A DNA stretch of 64,000 nucleotides from Dehalococcoidia bacterium (GCA_963667465.2 CAXXDN010000002.1:512001-576000); one strand, 5' to 3'; counted from the stretch's first letter, positions 1 to 11,143 are shown. Notes: generated from the sequence alone by a model not told the origin. Numbers and translations are program-made.

Positions 1-318
1 CCGGTCCGGCAGCATGCGCGACTCGAGCAGCATCGTGCGCGTGCGCGCCGTGTCGGTCGTGAGCTCGTCGAAGACGGTGCCGCTCTGGTTATGGCGCGTC
101 TGCGCGTCGCCCCAGCGCTCCATCGTCGCCCGGACCCATTCGAGGATGCCGGCGTGGCCCTCGGCGTGGATGAACGGCTCCGGGTGTGCGACCGACGTGA
201 CCTCGAAGACGCCGCGTATGCTGAACAGCGCCGTGTACGCCTCGACGTCGCGGCTGTCGACGGCGTACGAATAGCGCTGGATCGCCTCGATAATCGCGAG
301 CCGGTCGTCGGCGCTCAT
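1..318 (-). CDS. SnoaL-like / NTF2-fold protein (3' end runs off the window)
   Basis: Not in the ORF track. Hand translation from ATG 318: MSADDRLAIIEAIQRYSYAVDSRDVEAYTALFS...GHAGILEWV...TRHNQSG. The RY...D.RD...LF and TRH pattern fits SnoaL_4. Confidence 0.8.
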   Translation of the reverse strand, partial: MSADDRLAIIEAIQRYSYAVDSRDVEAYTALFSIRGVFEVTSVAHPEPFIHAEGHAGILEWVRATMERWGDAQTRHNQSGTVFDELTTDTARTRTMLLESRMLPDR

Positions 319-388
319 GGCGCAAGCCTCGCCGCCCCGCCGCGAGAAGGCAAGGGCCGCCGGGCTGCGCCCCCGAGGGAGGCCCGCG

Positions 389-1432
389 ATGCCCATTGTC
401 CAGAGCAGCGACCTGCACGACTTCATCGTGCGGATGTTCACAGCCGTCGGCTCACCCGATCACGATGCGCGCGAGCTGGCCGACCACCTGATCGACTCCA
501 ACCTCGCCGGCCACGACTCGCACGGCGTGATCCGCGCGCCGCAGTACCTCGGGCAGATCGAGACCGGGCTGATCGTGCCCGGCGCCTCGTCCGAGGTGGT
601 GCGCGAGACGGAGACGACGACGCTGCTGCGCGGAAACTGGAACTACGGCCAGGTCGTCGGCCGCGAGGCGATGGACGCCTCGATCGCGAAGGCGCGCGCC
701 CACGGCATCGGCATCACGGTCGCCTGGGAGCTCTCGCACACGGGGCGGATGGGTACGTACGGCGAGCAGGCGGCGCGCGCGGGGATGCTGGCGATCGCGA
801 CGGTCCAGGGCCAGGGCCGGAGCGTCGCGCCCTTCGGCGGCGCCGAGGGCCGGCTCTCCACCAACCCGATCGTCGTCGCCGCGCCAACCCCCGACCCGGA
901 GCAGCCGTTCGTGCTCGACATGGCCACCTCGGTGGCCGCGGGCGGCAAGGTGAAGGTGGCGGACGCCGCCAACTCCGAGCTGCCGCCGGACTGGGCGATC
1001 GACGCGGAGGGCCGTCCCACGCGCGACCCCTCGGCGATCGAGGCGGGCGGCGCGATCCTCCCCCTCGGCGGTCCGGCAGGGCACAAGGGCTTCGGACTCT
1101 CGCTGGCGGTGACGGCGCTCGGTGCGCTCACCCCCGAGATCGAATTCGGCAAGCACCGGGGCAGCAGCACGGTCATGCTCGCGGTGGACCTGAAGCGCTT
1201 CCGCGAGCCCTCGGAGTACACGCGGGTGTTCGGCGCCTTCCTCGACTTCGTCCGGGAGACGCCGCTGCAGGAAGGTGTCGAGGAGATCGTCGTCCCCGGC
1301 GAGCTGGAGCGCCGTAACCGCGACCGTCGCCGCCGCGACGGCATCGACCTCGACGACGGCACCTGGCAGCGCCTCGCGGACGGCGCGGTGCAGACGGGGA
1401 TCGAGCCACTGCCGGGGATGAGTGGCACGTAG
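389..1432 (+). CDS. Ldh_2-family (malate/L-lactate/ureidoglycolate-type) NAD(P)-dependent oxidoreductase
   Basis: Motifs GHDSHG, HTGRMGTY, STNPI, LDMATS, GHKGFGL, VPGE; SD GGGAGG before ATG 389. Confidence 0.9.
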   Translation: MPIVQSSDLHDFIVRMFTAVGSPDHDARELADHLIDSNLAGHDSHGVIRAPQYLGQIETGLIVPGASSEVVRETETTTLLRGNWNYGQVVGREAMDASIAKARAHGIGITVAWELSHTGRMGTYGEQAARAGMLAIATVQGQGRSVAPFGGAEGRLSTNPIVVAAPTPDPEQPFVLDMATSVAAGGKVKVADAANSELPPDWAIDAEGRPTRDPSAIEAGGAILPLGGPAGHKGFGLSLAVTALGALTPEIEFGKHRGSSTVMLAVDLKRFREPSEYTRVFGAFLDFVRETPLQEGVEEIVVPGELERRNRDRRRRDGIDLDDGTWQRLADGAVQTGIEPLPGMSGT

Positions 1433-1476
1433 TCCGAGCGCCCCGCTCAGCGACTCGTGTGGTACAGTCCGTCATA

Positions 1477-1504
1477 TATGGCACTATTGAGTTGACGTGC
1501 CATA
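1477..1504. promoter_or_regulatory. Inverted repeat TATGGCAC-N12-GTGCCATA, probable autoregulatory operator of the TA operon
   Basis: Perfect 8-bp arms overlapping TTGACG (1492-1497); an extra GTGCCA half-site at 1516-1521 just before the antitoxin ATG. Confidence 0.6.
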
Positions 1505-1522
1505 CAGTGATCAAGGTGCCAC

Positions 1523-1771
1523 ATGGAGCAGACTGCGACCAAGGTCGACCGGCACGGCCGGATAGTCATCCCCGCCGAGTACCGGCGTGCCCTCGGACTT
1601 CGCGAGGGCGACCCGGTCACGGTTCAGCTTGATGACGGTGAACTGCGAATCCTCACGCGGGCCCAGGCGATCCGGCGCGCGCAAGAGATCCTTGCCAAGT
1701 ACGTACCCCCCGGGAGGTCGCTCGTCGACGAACTGATCGCCGAACGCCGCGCCGAGGCCGCGCGTGAGTAG
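1523..1771 (+). CDS. AbrB/MazE-type antitoxin (VapB-like)
   Basis: KVDRHGRIVIPAEYRRALGLREGD swapped-hairpin signature; overlaps the downstream PIN gene. Confidence 0.9.
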   Translation: MEQTATKVDRHGRIVIPAEYRRALGLREGDPVTVQLDDGELRILTRAQAIRRAQEILAKYVPPGRSLVDELIAERRAEAARE

Positions 1772-2153
1772 TTGGGTTCTGGATGCCTCGGCACTGATGG
1801 CCGTGGTCAACAATGAACCCGGCGCCGGGCGCGTTGAAGAGGCGCTCGATGCGGGCGCCATCATGAGTACCGTGAATCTCTCGGAGGTCGTTTCGAAGCT
1901 CGCCGAGGTGGGCTTGCGGGAGAACGAGCTCCTGGCAGTGGTTGGTCCCGCGGGTCTTCAGTTCGCGGTCTTCGATGCCGACGACGCGCTCGCTGCCGGG
2001 CTGCTCCGGCCGTCCACCCGATCGGCCGGACTCTCGTTCGGTGATCGCGCCTGCCTCGCGCTTGCATCGCGGACAGGCGCTGCGGTTCTTACGGCCGACA
2101 GGGCCTGGGCGGAGCTTCATCTCGAAGGCATCGAGGTCCAACTCTTCCGCTAG
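1764..2153 (+). CDS. vapC: PIN-domain toxin (VapC family)
   Basis: VLDASA, NLSEV, LSFGDRACLALA, LTADRAW with the acidic PIN residues present. Confidence 0.9.
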   Translation: MSSWVLDASALMAVVNNEPGAGRVEEALDAGAIMSTVNLSEVVSKLAEVGLRENELLAVVGPAGLQFAVFDADDALAAGLLRPSTRSAGLSFGDRACLALASRTGAAVLTADRAWAELHLEGIEVQLFR

Positions 2154-2174
2154 CCTCGCGGCCCGCTCGGTCCG

Positions 2175-3221
2175 CTACAGCGCGGGCAGGACCTCGTCGC
2201 GGAGCAACTCGAGGTGGCGGAGTTGGCCGGCGCCCCAGGCGAACCAGACCTTGTCGATACCTCGTGACTGGAGCTCGCGGAGGCGGGCGGCGAAGGCGGG
2301 CGGGTCTCCGACGACGCCGTAGCGCTCGTAGAAGTACTCCGTGAGGCCGGACTCCTCCATGCGCCGCACGTTGTCCCCGTGCGCGAACTGGTGCTGCGTG
2401 GTGTCGTAGCTCGCGACGAAGCGCTCGAGCTGCGGGGCCAGCTCCGGCGGGACGTTCTTGCCCTCGAATCCGAAGCGCATCGAGTGGTTGCCCGCGGAAG
2501 AGATGCTTCCCTTCGCGACCTCGATCGCCTCGTCCATCGTTCGCTCCAGCGACGGTCGTGCCGTCCACCAGATGTCGAGGTCGTCGAGCGTGCGGCCGGA
2601 CTCCCTCGCGCCTGCCTCGATGCGCTCGAGGGCGTCCTCGATCGTTTCCGGGAGCAGGCCCGCGCCGATCACCACGCCGTCGCCGATGCGGCCCGCGAGG
2701 TGCAGCATCAGCGGGCCCTCGGCGAGGATGTAGATCATCGCCTCCGGCCGGTACGACCACTGCGACCAGCGGACCACCTGCTCGCGGCCCTGGTAGCTGG
2801 CGCGCCCCGTGCGGATCAGGTCGCGCATGCACTGCACGTAGTCCTCAATCACCGCGCGCCGTCCGGGCTTGAGCCCGGCGTTGTAGGCGGCCGTGTCGCC
2901 TGAGGCCATCACCAGGCAGGCGCGCCCCTTCGAAAGCGAGTCAAGACCCGCGAGCACCGAGGCCATCACGCTCGGCTCGCGCGTGACCGGGTTCGTCGGC
3001 GAGATGCCGATCAGCGCCTGCTCGGTCTGCTCGGCCATCAATGTGGCGACGATCACCGCGTCGAAGTGCGACCACTGCGAGTCGCCGATGGCGATCCGCG
3101 AGATACCGACCTCCTCGGCGATGCCGAGCATCGCGCTCAGCCGCGCGCGCTCGGCGTCCTCGAGGTCGTCGATGCGGAAGGAGATGCCGAGGTGCGGCCT
3201 CCCGCCGGAGCCGAAGGTCAC
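2175..3221 (-). CDS. LLM-class flavin/F420-dependent oxidoreductase (Mer-like)
   Basis: TNPVTREPSV.A, LDSLSKGR, IYILAEGPLML.LAGRIGDGV. Confidence 0.88.
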   Translation of the reverse strand: MTFGSGGRPHLGISFRIDDLEDAERARLSAMLGIAEEVGISRIAIGDSQWSHFDAVIVATLMAEQTEQALIGISPTNPVTREPSVMASVLAGLDSLSKGRACLVMASGDTAAYNAGLKPGRRAVIEDYVQCMRDLIRTGRASYQGREQVVRWSQWSYRPEAMIYILAEGPLMLHLAGRIGDGVVIGAGLLPETIEDALERIEAGARESGRTLDDLDIWWTARPSLERTMDEAIEVAKGSISSAGNHSMRFGFEGKNVPPELAPQLERFVASYDTTQHQFAHGDNVRRMEESGLTEYFYERYGVVGDPPAFAARLRELQSRGIDKVWFAWGAGQLRHLELLRDEVLPAL

Positions 3222-3222
3222 G

Positions 3223-3879
<657 letters not shown>

Positions 3880-4060
3880 CGCTGCGCCTCTCGCTGCGAA
3901 CACGGGTTGTGGATCGCGACGAGCCCGCCGAACTCTCGATCGTCGAGGGCGCCCCGCCGCCGCGCGATCCATGGTAGCGGTTCCGGAGATGCTGCGTGTT
4001 GGACGGGCGTCGGCTAGGCTTCGCCGCCGGAACACGACGGCACGCCGGGGAGGCGCGGAC

Positions 4061-5269
4061 ATGAAGATCGACATCTTTTGCGAGGTCCAGAAGGCCGAGG
4101 AGTCCTGGGGCGAGGACCATGAGCAGGTTCTGATCCAGGAAACGCTGGAGCAGGCGCGGCTCGCCGACGAGCTCGGCTACGGCTGCTGGTGGGAGGTGGA
4201 GCACCACGCCGCCGGCATCTTCAGCCACAGCTCGGCGCCGGAGATCATGCTGACGACGATCGCGAACCAGACGAAGAACCTCCGCGTCGGCCACGCTGCC
4301 GTCCTTGCGCCGTTCAACTTCAACCACCCCGTGCGTGTCGCGGAGCGCGCCGCCTTCCTCGACCACGTCAGCCGGGGCCGCCTCGAGGTGGGACTCGCGC
4401 GCTCGACCGCTCCGGAGTGGCGGCTGTTCGACATCGAACCCGACGACGCCCGCAACCAGATGCAGGAAACCTTCGAGATGCTGCCGAAGATCTGGACGGA
4501 AGAGGAGTTCTCCTGGAACAGCGAGAGCTTCCAGATTGACCGCCGCAACATCGTCCCGAAGCCCTACCAGAAGCCGCACCCGCGCCTCTGGCAGGCGGTC
4601 GGCACCGCCGGAGGCTTCCAGCAGGCCGGGCGCAACGGCGTCGGCGTGCTGCTCACGACGGTCAACTTCCCGATCGAGGCGGTCGCCTCGATGCTCTCGA
4701 TCTACCGCGAGGAGATCAAGAACTGCGACCCGGTCGGCAAGTTTGTGAACGACCAGGTCGCGCTGTTCACCTTCGTGCACTGCGCCGAGACCGAGCAGGA
4801 GGCGATCGACAACGGCGCCGCCGCCGCGGCTGCCTGGTACGTCAACACCGTGTCCGACTTCTTCGAGGTGCGCGAGTTCATGCTGCGGGCCGGCGATGAA
4901 CTCGCCGCCGCCGTGTCCGCCAACCCTGACAGCGCGCTTGCGGACTGGGCCGCCATGCAGGAGGAGGCTGCCGCGAATATCGAGGAGACCGAGTTCACGC
5001 AACTGCTCAACCGCATGGTTTCCGGCGAGCACATCAGCAACGAGGAAGCCTACGAGATCCTCAACAAGCAGGACACGGTGATCATCGGCGACGTCGACAC
5101 CTGCCGGAAGAAGATGCAGCGCTACCGCGACATCGGCCTCGACCGCCTGATGTGCTTCCAGCAGGTCGGCAACCTCACCCCCGAGGCGATCAAGAAGAGC
5201 ATGCGCCTGGTCGGCGAGCAGTTGATTCCCGAGTTCGATCCGGAGGCGACGCCCGCGGGCGCCTCGTAG
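4061..5269 (+). CDS. LLM-class flavin-dependent oxidoreductase (luciferase-like)
   Basis: [46 protein letters not shown]; SD GGAGG. Confidence 0.92.
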   Translation: MKIDIFCEVQKAEESWGEDHEQVLIQETLEQARLADELGYGCWWEVEHHAAGIFSHSSAPEIMLTTIANQTKNLRVGHAAVLAPFNFNHPVRVAERAAFLDHVSRGRLEVGLARSTAPEWRLFDIEPDDARNQMQETFEMLPKIWTEEEFSWNSESFQIDRRNIVPKPYQKPHPRLWQAVGTAGGFQQAGRNGVGVLLTTVNFPIEAVASMLSIYREEIKNCDPVGKFVNDQVALFTFVHCAETEQEAIDNGAAAAAAWYVNTVSDFFEVREFMLRAGDELAAAVSANPDSALADWAAMQEEAAANIEETEFTQLLNRMVSGEHISNEEAYEILNKQDTVIIGDVDTCRKKMQRYRDIGLDRLMCFQQVGNLTPEAIKKSMRLVGEQLIPEFDPEATPAGAS

Positions 5270-5290
5270 CCGCGTCTCGGGCGCCTCGGG

Positions 5291-5313
5291 CGCATCGGGC
5301 GCTGCCCGATGCG
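5291..5313. terminator. GC-rich hairpin after the LLM gene, possible terminator
   Basis: CGCATCGGGC-gct-GCCCGATGCG; no clear U-tract. Confidence 0.35.
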
Positions 5314-5377
5314 GGCGGCGGCTTGCTATGCTGCGCCCGCGTCGGGCCGCCAGGGCGGTCCGGGAAGGAGTGCGGTC

Positions 5378-5794
5378 ATGACACTGCCCGTCGAGGACCA
5401 CCTCGCAATCCTCAATCTCGCCTACCGCTACGCGCAGGCCTTCGACTTCATCCAGCCGGACGACTACGCGAACTGCTTCACGCCGGACGGCGTCTTCGAC
5501 GCGCGGCCCGTCGGCCTCTTCGAGGGCCACGCCGCGCTGAGGGCCTTCTCGGCGAGTGCGGGGGAGACCGGCGGCGACACCGGCAGCCGCCACTGGATGG
5601 GCAACCCCGTCATCGACGGCGATGGCGACGAGGCGTCGATGACCACCATGCTGATGATGGTGAACACCGGCGCCGCCTCCAGCACGGGCGTCACCGGCGT
5701 TTACCGCGACAAGCTGGTCAAGGTCGACGGCGAGTGGAAGATCAAGCACCGCCACCTGACGTTCGAGGAGCCGCCGGAAGGCTACGAGGAGTAA
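5378..5794 (+). CDS. SnoaL-like / NTF2-fold protein
   Basis: RYAQAFD, CFTPDGVF, SRHWMGN, GVYRDKLVKVDGEWKIKHR; SD AAGGAG. Confidence 0.88.
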   Translation: MTLPVEDHLAILNLAYRYAQAFDFIQPDDYANCFTPDGVFDARPVGLFEGHAALRAFSASAGETGGDTGSRHWMGNPVIDGDGDEASMTTMLMMVNTGAASSTGVTGVYRDKLVKVDGEWKIKHRHLTFEEPPEGYEE

Positions 5795-5884
5795 CGCACT
5801 GCCCGGTGGGGCGATCCGCCAGGCCAACTGACCGCGCGAGGGCTGTTGTTCGCCCTCGCGCCCTCGCGTACGATCCACGCGCGC

Positions 5885-5960
5885 GCCGAGGTAGCTCAGT
5901 TGGTAGAGCACGCGACTGAAAATCGCGGTGTCGGCAGTTCAAATCTGCCCCTCGGCACCA
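5885..5960 (+). tRNA. tRNA-Phe (GAA)
   Basis: GCCGAGG acceptor stem, D-arm AGCTCAGTTGGTAGAGC, anticodon arm CGCGA-CTGAAAA-TCGCG, T-loop GTTCAAATC, encoded CCA; 76 nt; -10-like TACGAT at 5869-5874. Confidence 0.98.
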
Positions 5961-6009
5961 CCACGCCGGGCGCGACGCAATACGGGAGGGACGTGACGAG
6001 GATGCCGCA

Positions 6010-6858
6010 ATGCCGCTGATCCTCGTCGCCGGATCCGCCGAGGCAGGCGCGAGCACCGTTGCCGCCGGGTTGGCGCACCGGCTCGCCGCCTCCGGGCGGA
6101 CCGTGCGCCTCGAACGTCTCACCGGGGACGCGCGCGCCGAGGCAGACGCCACGGCCTTCGCCGCACTTGAATTCGCCCGCGCCGGCGGGACGCCCGTCGT
6201 GGCGGCCGCGCTCTCCGCCGAGGGCGACGAGGTCGTGATCGCCGAGGCGCCCGCGGGCGCCGACGGCGAGGCGCTTGCCGCCGAACTCGGCGCGCGACTC
6301 GTCACCGTCTCGCGCGAGGGTGACGCAGCCGCCTCGAACGGCGCGGTCGCCCTCGCCACGCACGCGCGGGCGGCCAGCCCGCTGGCGCTGCCCGAGGACC
6401 GCCTGCTCGCCGCCCCGACCGTCGGCACGCTGATCGCCGTGAGCGGCGCGCAGGTGCTCGCCCGCTCGACCGAGGGCGACGCGGCAATCTGCGAACACGT
6501 AGTCGTCGGGCCGATCGCCTCGGACGCCGGAGACGCCTACTTCGGCCGCTTCCCGCGCAGCGCCGTCGTGACGCGTGCAGAGAAGGTCGACGTCGCTCTC
6601 GCCGCGCTGCGCGTGGACCCGGAGTGCCTGATCCTCAGTGGCGGCGGCGAGCCCAGCCCCTACCTGCTGGACCGCGTCGCCTCCTCGCGGCGCACGACGC
6701 TGCTGCTCGCGCCCGAGGGCACGGTCGAAACCGTGCGCGACATCGAGGGCAGCTTCGGCCGCTCCGCGTTCGCCGGCGAGGCCAAGGCCGAACGCGCCGG
6801 CGAGTTGATGGCCGCCGCCGTCGACGACGACACGCTCGCCGGCCTCCTCGCGGGCTGA
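6010..6858 (+). CDS. Phosphotransacetylase N-terminal-like (BioD-like plus DRTGG) protein
   Basis: Degenerate P-loop AGSAEAGAST; APTVGTL, AVVTRAEKVDVALAAL and CLILSGG resemble DRTGG. Confidence 0.7.
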   Translation: MPLILVAGSAEAGASTVAAGLAHRLAASGRTVRLERLTGDARAEADATAFAALEFARAGGTPVVAAALSAEGDEVVIAEAPAGADGEALAAELGARLVTVSREGDAAASNGAVALATHARAASPLALPEDRLLAAPTVGTLIAVSGAQVLARSTEGDAAICEHVVVGPIASDAGDAYFGRFPRSAVVTRAEKVDVALAALRVDPECLILSGGGEPSPYLLDRVASSRRTTLLLAPEGTVETVRDIEGSFGRSAFAGEAKAERAGELMAAAVDDDTLAGLLAG

Positions 6859-6867
6859 CGCTCCCGG

Positions 6868-7416
6868 CTACGACCCGGGCTCGCTCGCAGGCTCGGCCGG
6901 CTCCGGCTCGGCGCCCTCCTCGAAGCTTCCCGCGAGATCGCGCAGATAGCCGTCGATCGTGCGCGTGTGGCCGATCACGAAGCGGCTGATCACGCGGAAC
7001 AGCGGGTGCTTCACCTCGCCGTGCTCGGTCACCGCGACGATCGCGCCGCCCGCGCCGTCGGCTGTCAACTCGATGGTCCACGAGCCGCCGAAGGGCAGCG
7101 TCTCGTCGGCGATGCGGCGCACGAGCCTGCGCGGAGCATCGGCCGCGAGGGTCTCGAAGGTCAGCGCCGAGCGGCCCTGCACCTCTTTCCAGCGCTCGCG
7201 GCCGCCCTCGTCGGGCAGGCGCTCGACACGGTTGAGCTTCGATCGCCAGCCGGGCTCGGCGGCGTGGTCGCGGATGCGCGACCACACCTCCCCGGGCGGC
7301 CGGCGCAGCCGCACGCGGCGCGCCGCCACGTGCGCGCGAGGCAGTGCGAACCCGACGCCGATCAGCGCCAGCAGGGCGGCGAGGACGACCGCGACGGGGG
7401 CGACAAGCCAGACCAT
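6868..7416 (-). CDS. SRPBCC/START-family protein with an N-terminal membrane anchor
   Basis: Hydrophobic N-terminus; EVWSRIRD...WRS, PFGGSWTIEL, VTEHGEV..PLFR. Confidence 0.8.
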   Translation of the reverse strand: MVWLVAPVAVVLAALLALIGVGFALPRAHVAARRVRLRRPPGEVWSRIRDHAAEPGWRSKLNRVERLPDEGGRERWKEVQGRSALTFETLAADAPRRLVRRIADETLPFGGSWTIELTADGAGGAIVAVTEHGEVKHPLFRVISRFVIGHTRTIDGYLRDLAGSFEEGAEPEPAEPASEPGS

Positions 7417-7438
7417 GCCGGGCGCTCCGCCTCGAGGC

Positions 7439-9670
7439 CTACTCGCGCGGATCGAGCGGCGCGAGCGACAGCAGCAACTGCTTCACGCCCTTGCCCTCGA
7501 AGGCGACGGTGACCTTCTGGTCGCCGCGCAGCAGCTCGCAGGAGATGACGACGCCGGGGCCGAACGTTCCGTGCTGGACCTTGTCGCCGGGTGCGTAGCG
7601 CGGCTCATCGACGGCGCCGTCGTCTGCCTCGCCCTGGTCAGCACTCTGCCAGTGTGCGATCTCGGCGCGGCGCTCGCGGGCAGTGCGCTCCGGACGGGAG
7701 GGAGCGCGGCTGCCGCTCGCGCTCATCGTGACCCCCTCGGGGAGATCGTCGAAGAAGCGCGAGGGCAGGGCGCCCTGGTAGCGGCCCTGGCGCTGCCGCC
7801 GCCGCGCCCTCGTGAGGTAGAGGCGCTCCTGGGCGCGCGTGATGCCGACATAACAGACGCGCCGCTCCTCCTCCATCTCCGACGGATCGTCGAGCGACCG
7901 GAAGTGCGGCAGCAGGCCTTCCTCGAGGCCCGGCATGAACACCACCGGGAACTCCAGGCCCTTCGCCGCGTGCAGCGTCGTCAGCGTCACGGCGTCCGGC
8001 GTGTCCGCGCCGGGGTCGTCGACATCCGCGACGAGCGCGACCTCCTCGAGGAAGGTGGAGAGCGAGGCCCCGCCCTCGAGGTCCTCGTACTGGGCGGCGA
8101 CGTTAAGCAGCTCCTGCACGTTCTCCCAGCGCAGCTCGGCGCGCTCTTCCTCGGATCGTTCGAGGTGGTCGCGGTAGCGGGTCTCCGCCAGTACCTCGCC
8201 CAGCAGCCCGGAGACCGACTGGTCGCCCGCAGCGGCGCTGAGGCGGTCGATCAGCGCCACGAAGTCGCGCAGCGCGAGGCGGATGTCGCCGCGCAGCTGG
8301 GGCAGCTCGGCGTCCTCGTCGCCGCGCGCGATCATCGCGGCGACTGCGAGGAGCGGGCGCTCGAGTTGCTCGGCGGCGTGCTGGATGCGCTCCAGCGACG
8401 TGGCGCCGATGCCGCGAGCGGGGACGTTGACGATGCGGCGGAACGCCATCGCATCTGCGTGGTTGTGGATCAGCCGCAGGTACGAGAGCAGGTCGCGGAT
8501 CTCGCGGCGGTCGTAGAAGCGGGTGCCGCCGACGATGCGGTAGCGGATGCCCTGCTGGATGCATGCCTCCTCGATGGCGCGCGACTGCGCGTTGGTGCGG
8601 TACATCACGGCGAAGTCCGCGAACTGGCGGCCCTCCTCGCGCATCTGGCGCGAGATCTCGAGGGCGACGAAATGGCCCTCTTCGTCGCCGTCGTAGAGCT
8701 CTTCGACGATGATCGGGTCGCCCTCGGGGTTCTCGGTCCAGAGCTCGCGCTCGCGCCGTTCGCTGGCGCGATCGATCAGCGCGTGGGCGGCCTGCAGGAT
8801 GCGGCCGGTGGAGCGGTAGTTCTGCTCCAGCAGGATCACCTGTGCGTTGGGGAAGTCGCGCTCGAAGTGCTGGAGGTTGCGCACATCGGCCGCGCGCCAG
8901 GAGTAAATCGACTGGTCCGGGTCGCCGACGGCGGTGATCGCGCCGTGCGTGCTCGCCAGCTCGTGGGCGAGGCGGTACTGCACCAGGTTCGTGTCCTGGA
9001 ACTCGTCGATCAGCACGTGCTGGTAGCGCCCCGCGTAGCGGTCACGCACGTCCGGGTGCTGCTCGAACAAGCGCAGTGTCTCCCCGAGCAGGTCGTCGAA
9101 GTCGACCGCCCCGCTGTTGCGCAGCGCCTGCTGGTAGTGCTCGAAAGTACGGCCGACGAGTTCCTCGAAGTACGAGCCGGCGTCGCGCAGCGTCGTCGAG
9201 GCGTCGCGCCGCTCGTTCTTCGCGGCGGAGATCGCGGAGAGCAGCGCGCCGGGCGGCCAGCGCTTCGGGTCGATGCTGAGCGTCTGCTGCGCCCGCCTGA
9301 TGAGGCCGAGCTGGTCGTCGCGGTCGTAGATCACGAAATCGGGAGGCAGGCCGATCACCTCGCCGTCGCGTCGCAGGATGCGGGCGCAGGCGGAGTGGAA
9401 GGTGCCGAGCGTGACGCCGTGCGCGTCGCCGTCGAGCAGCAGCGCGGTGCGGTCGCGCATCTCGCGGGAGGCCTTGTTGGTGAAGGTCACGGCGAGGATG
9501 CGCCACGGCTCGACGCCGGCGACGCGCACCAGCCAGGCGATGCGATGCGCGATCACGCGCGTTTTGCCGGAACCGGGGCCGGCGAGGATCAGGAGGGCCC
9601 CATCCGGGGCCTCGACGGCCCGGCGTTGCGCCTCGTTCAGGCCGTGCAGGAGATCAGTGGCGGCGCTCAT
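7439..9670 (-). CDS. pcrA: ATP-dependent DNA helicase PcrA/UvrD
   Basis: AGPGSGKTR, TFTNKA, DEFQDTN, VGDPDQSIYSWR, LEQNYRST, HAAKGLEF, EERRVCYVGITRA, C-terminal Tudor-like domain; start ATG 9670. Confidence 0.97.
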   Translation of the reverse strand: MSAATDLLHGLNEAQRRAVEAPDGALLILAGPGSGKTRVIAHRIAWLVRVAGVEPWRILAVTFTNKASREMRDRTALLLDGDAHGVTLGTFHSACARILRRDGEVIGLPPDFVIYDRDDQLGLIRRAQQTLSIDPKRWPPGALLSAISAAKNERRDASTTLRDAGSYFEELVGRTFEHYQQALRNSGAVDFDDLLGETLRLFEQHPDVRDRYAGRYQHVLIDEFQDTNLVQYRLAHELASTHGAITAVGDPDQSIYSWRAADVRNLQHFERDFPNAQVILLEQNYRSTGRILQAAHALIDRASERRERELWTENPEGDPIIVEELYDGDEEGHFVALEISRQMREEGRQFADFAVMYRTNAQSRAIEEACIQQGIRYRIVGGTRFYDRREIRDLLSYLRLIHNHADAMAFRRIVNVPARGIGATSLERIQHAAEQLERPLLAVAAMIARGDEDAELPQLRGDIRLALRDFVALIDRLSAAAGDQSVSGLLGEVLAETRYRDHLERSEEERAELRWENVQELLNVAAQYEDLEGGASLSTFLEEVALVADVDDPGADTPDAVTLTTLHAAKGLEFPVVFMPGLEEGLLPHFRSLDDPSEMEEERRVCYVGITRAQERLYLTRARRRQRQGRYQGALPSRFFDDLPEGVTMSASGSRAPSRPERTARERRAEIAHWQSADQGEADDGAVDEPRYAPGDKVQHGTFGPGVVISCELLRGDQKVTVAFEGKGVKQLLLSLAPLDPRE

Positions 9671-9796
9671 GGGGCCTTCGCATGGGGGTGGGGAGCGGTA
9701 CTGAGGCCGGGAGTGCGCCGACGGCGACCCCGACGGCCTCATGGTACGCTTTGTGTGCTGGCGGGGCGAGCGTGCGGGACGAGCGAAGGAGCGCGC

Positions 9797-10465
9797 GTGG
9801 AGACCCTGATCGACAGCCTGCCGGGCAACCTGTTGACGATCCTCAAGGTCGTCGGCGGCGTGATCGGCGTGTACCTCTTCCTGATCTGGGTCGCCTCGCT
9901 GTTCTGGGCCTACCGCGACATGCGCAGCCGCACGCGCGATTTCGTGACCCGGTTGGCCGGCGTCTCCGTCATGCTCTTCCTGCCGCTGATCGGCTACCCC
10001 GTCTACCTCGCGGTGCGGCCCTCGCTCACCCTGCGCGAGGCCTACGACCGCCAGCTCGAGCAGGAGGCAATCCTCTCCGAGCTGCACGCCGCCCCCACCT
10101 GCCCGGAGTGCCGCCGGCCGATCGAGGGCGAGTGGATGATCTGCGCCTTCTGCAGCAACGCGCTGAAGCAGCCCTGCCAGGGCTGCGAGCGCCTGCTGAT
10201 GAACTCCTGGCGACACTGTCCCTACTGTGCCGCGCCTCGTGAGCTCATAGCGCCCGAGCCGGCCGAGGAGCCCGCCGCCACCGAGGAAGAAGGCGCCCCC
10301 GTCGAGGACCAACCGACCCGCCGGCGCCGCCGCGCGGCCCGGGCCGCCGCCGCGAGCACCGTGATCCCGCCAGTCACGCGCCCTCCGCGGCCCGACTTCC
10401 AGGCGGAGGCGGGACGCGAGCCGGCGGCGGGCCCGGTCGGCGGATCGGCGTCCAGCCAGGTCTGA
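9797..10465 (+). CDS. Membrane protein with double zinc ribbon
   Basis: GTG 9797 after AAGGAG; two TM helices, then CPEC..CAFC..CQGC..CPYC. Confidence 0.85.
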   Translation: METLIDSLPGNLLTILKVVGGVIGVYLFLIWVASLFWAYRDMRSRTRDFVTRLAGVSVMLFLPLIGYPVYLAVRPSLTLREAYDRQLEQEAILSELHAAPTCPECRRPIEGEWMICAFCSNALKQPCQGCERLLMNSWRHCPYCAAPRELIAPEPAEEPAATEEEGAPVEDQPTRRRRRAARAAAASTVIPPVTRPPRPDFQAEAGREPAAGPVGGSASSQV

Positions 10466-10555
10466 GGCGCGATTCACCCGCTCGCGCCCCGGTGTATCCT
10501 CGATGTCCGGCACCCGTCGCGGGCGCCGCGTTGAGCGCAACCGCAGGAGGATCCA

Positions 10556-11143
10556 ATGACCAGCGAGACTTCCGTCGTCACCCCTGACCGCTTCGCCAGC
10601 GGCATCGATTCGTTCGGCAAGTGGATGGACGAGATCGAGGGACGAGACGCCGAGTTCCAACGCCACTACGACGAGTACGAGCCGGACCCGGACGACATCG
10701 CTGCCGTCGCCTCGCTCGTCGAATCGCATGGCGTGAAAGCGCTCGTGCTCGGCGAGCACTGGTGCCCCGACGTCTGGCGCGGGCTGCCCGTCATGGCGAA
10801 GATCGCCGAGGGCGCGGGCATGGAACTGCGGATGTTCTTCCGCGACCAGAACAAGGACATCATGTCCGAGTTCCTCAAGGATGGTGAGTTCGAGTCGATC
10901 CCCGCGATCGTCTTCTACGACGCCGACCACAACGAACTCGGCCACTGGATCGAGCGGCCCGCGCTCGCCAACGAGGAGATGGCCCCGTTGCGCGAGATTA
11001 TGGAGGGCGTCGAGCGCGGCAGCCCGGAGTTCGACGACGCTCGCGCGCGCTACATGGATGCGACGTGGGAGCGCTCGGTGGGCTGGCGGCACGCCCAGCT
11101 AAGCGAGCTGCGCGCCCTGCTCGAGAACGCGCTCGGCGGCTAG
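10556..11143 (+). CDS. Thioredoxin-fold protein (single-Cys WCPD type)
   Basis: EHWCPDVWRGLP, RDQNKDIM, SIPAIVFYD, WIERP; SD AGGAGG. Confidence 0.85.
   Translation: MTSETSVVTPDRFASGIDSFGKWMDEIEGRDAEFQRHYDEYEPDPDDIAAVASLVESHGVKALVLGEHWCPDVWRGLPVMAKIAEGAGMELRMFFRDQNKDIMSEFLKDGEFESIPAIVFYDADHNELGHWIERPALANEEMAPLREIMEGVERGSPEFDDARARYMDATWERSVGWRHAQLSELRALLENALGG

Noticed and set aside
5885-6010. Integrative element at tRNA-Phe
   Set aside because: I saw no duplicated tRNA 3' end and no integrase; the downstream genes look native.
9697-9747. Hairpin TGAGGCCG...CGGCCTCA between pcrA and the zinc-ribbon gene as an ncRNA
   Set aside because: Short GC-rich stems are expected by chance here, and it overlaps probable divergent -10 elements.
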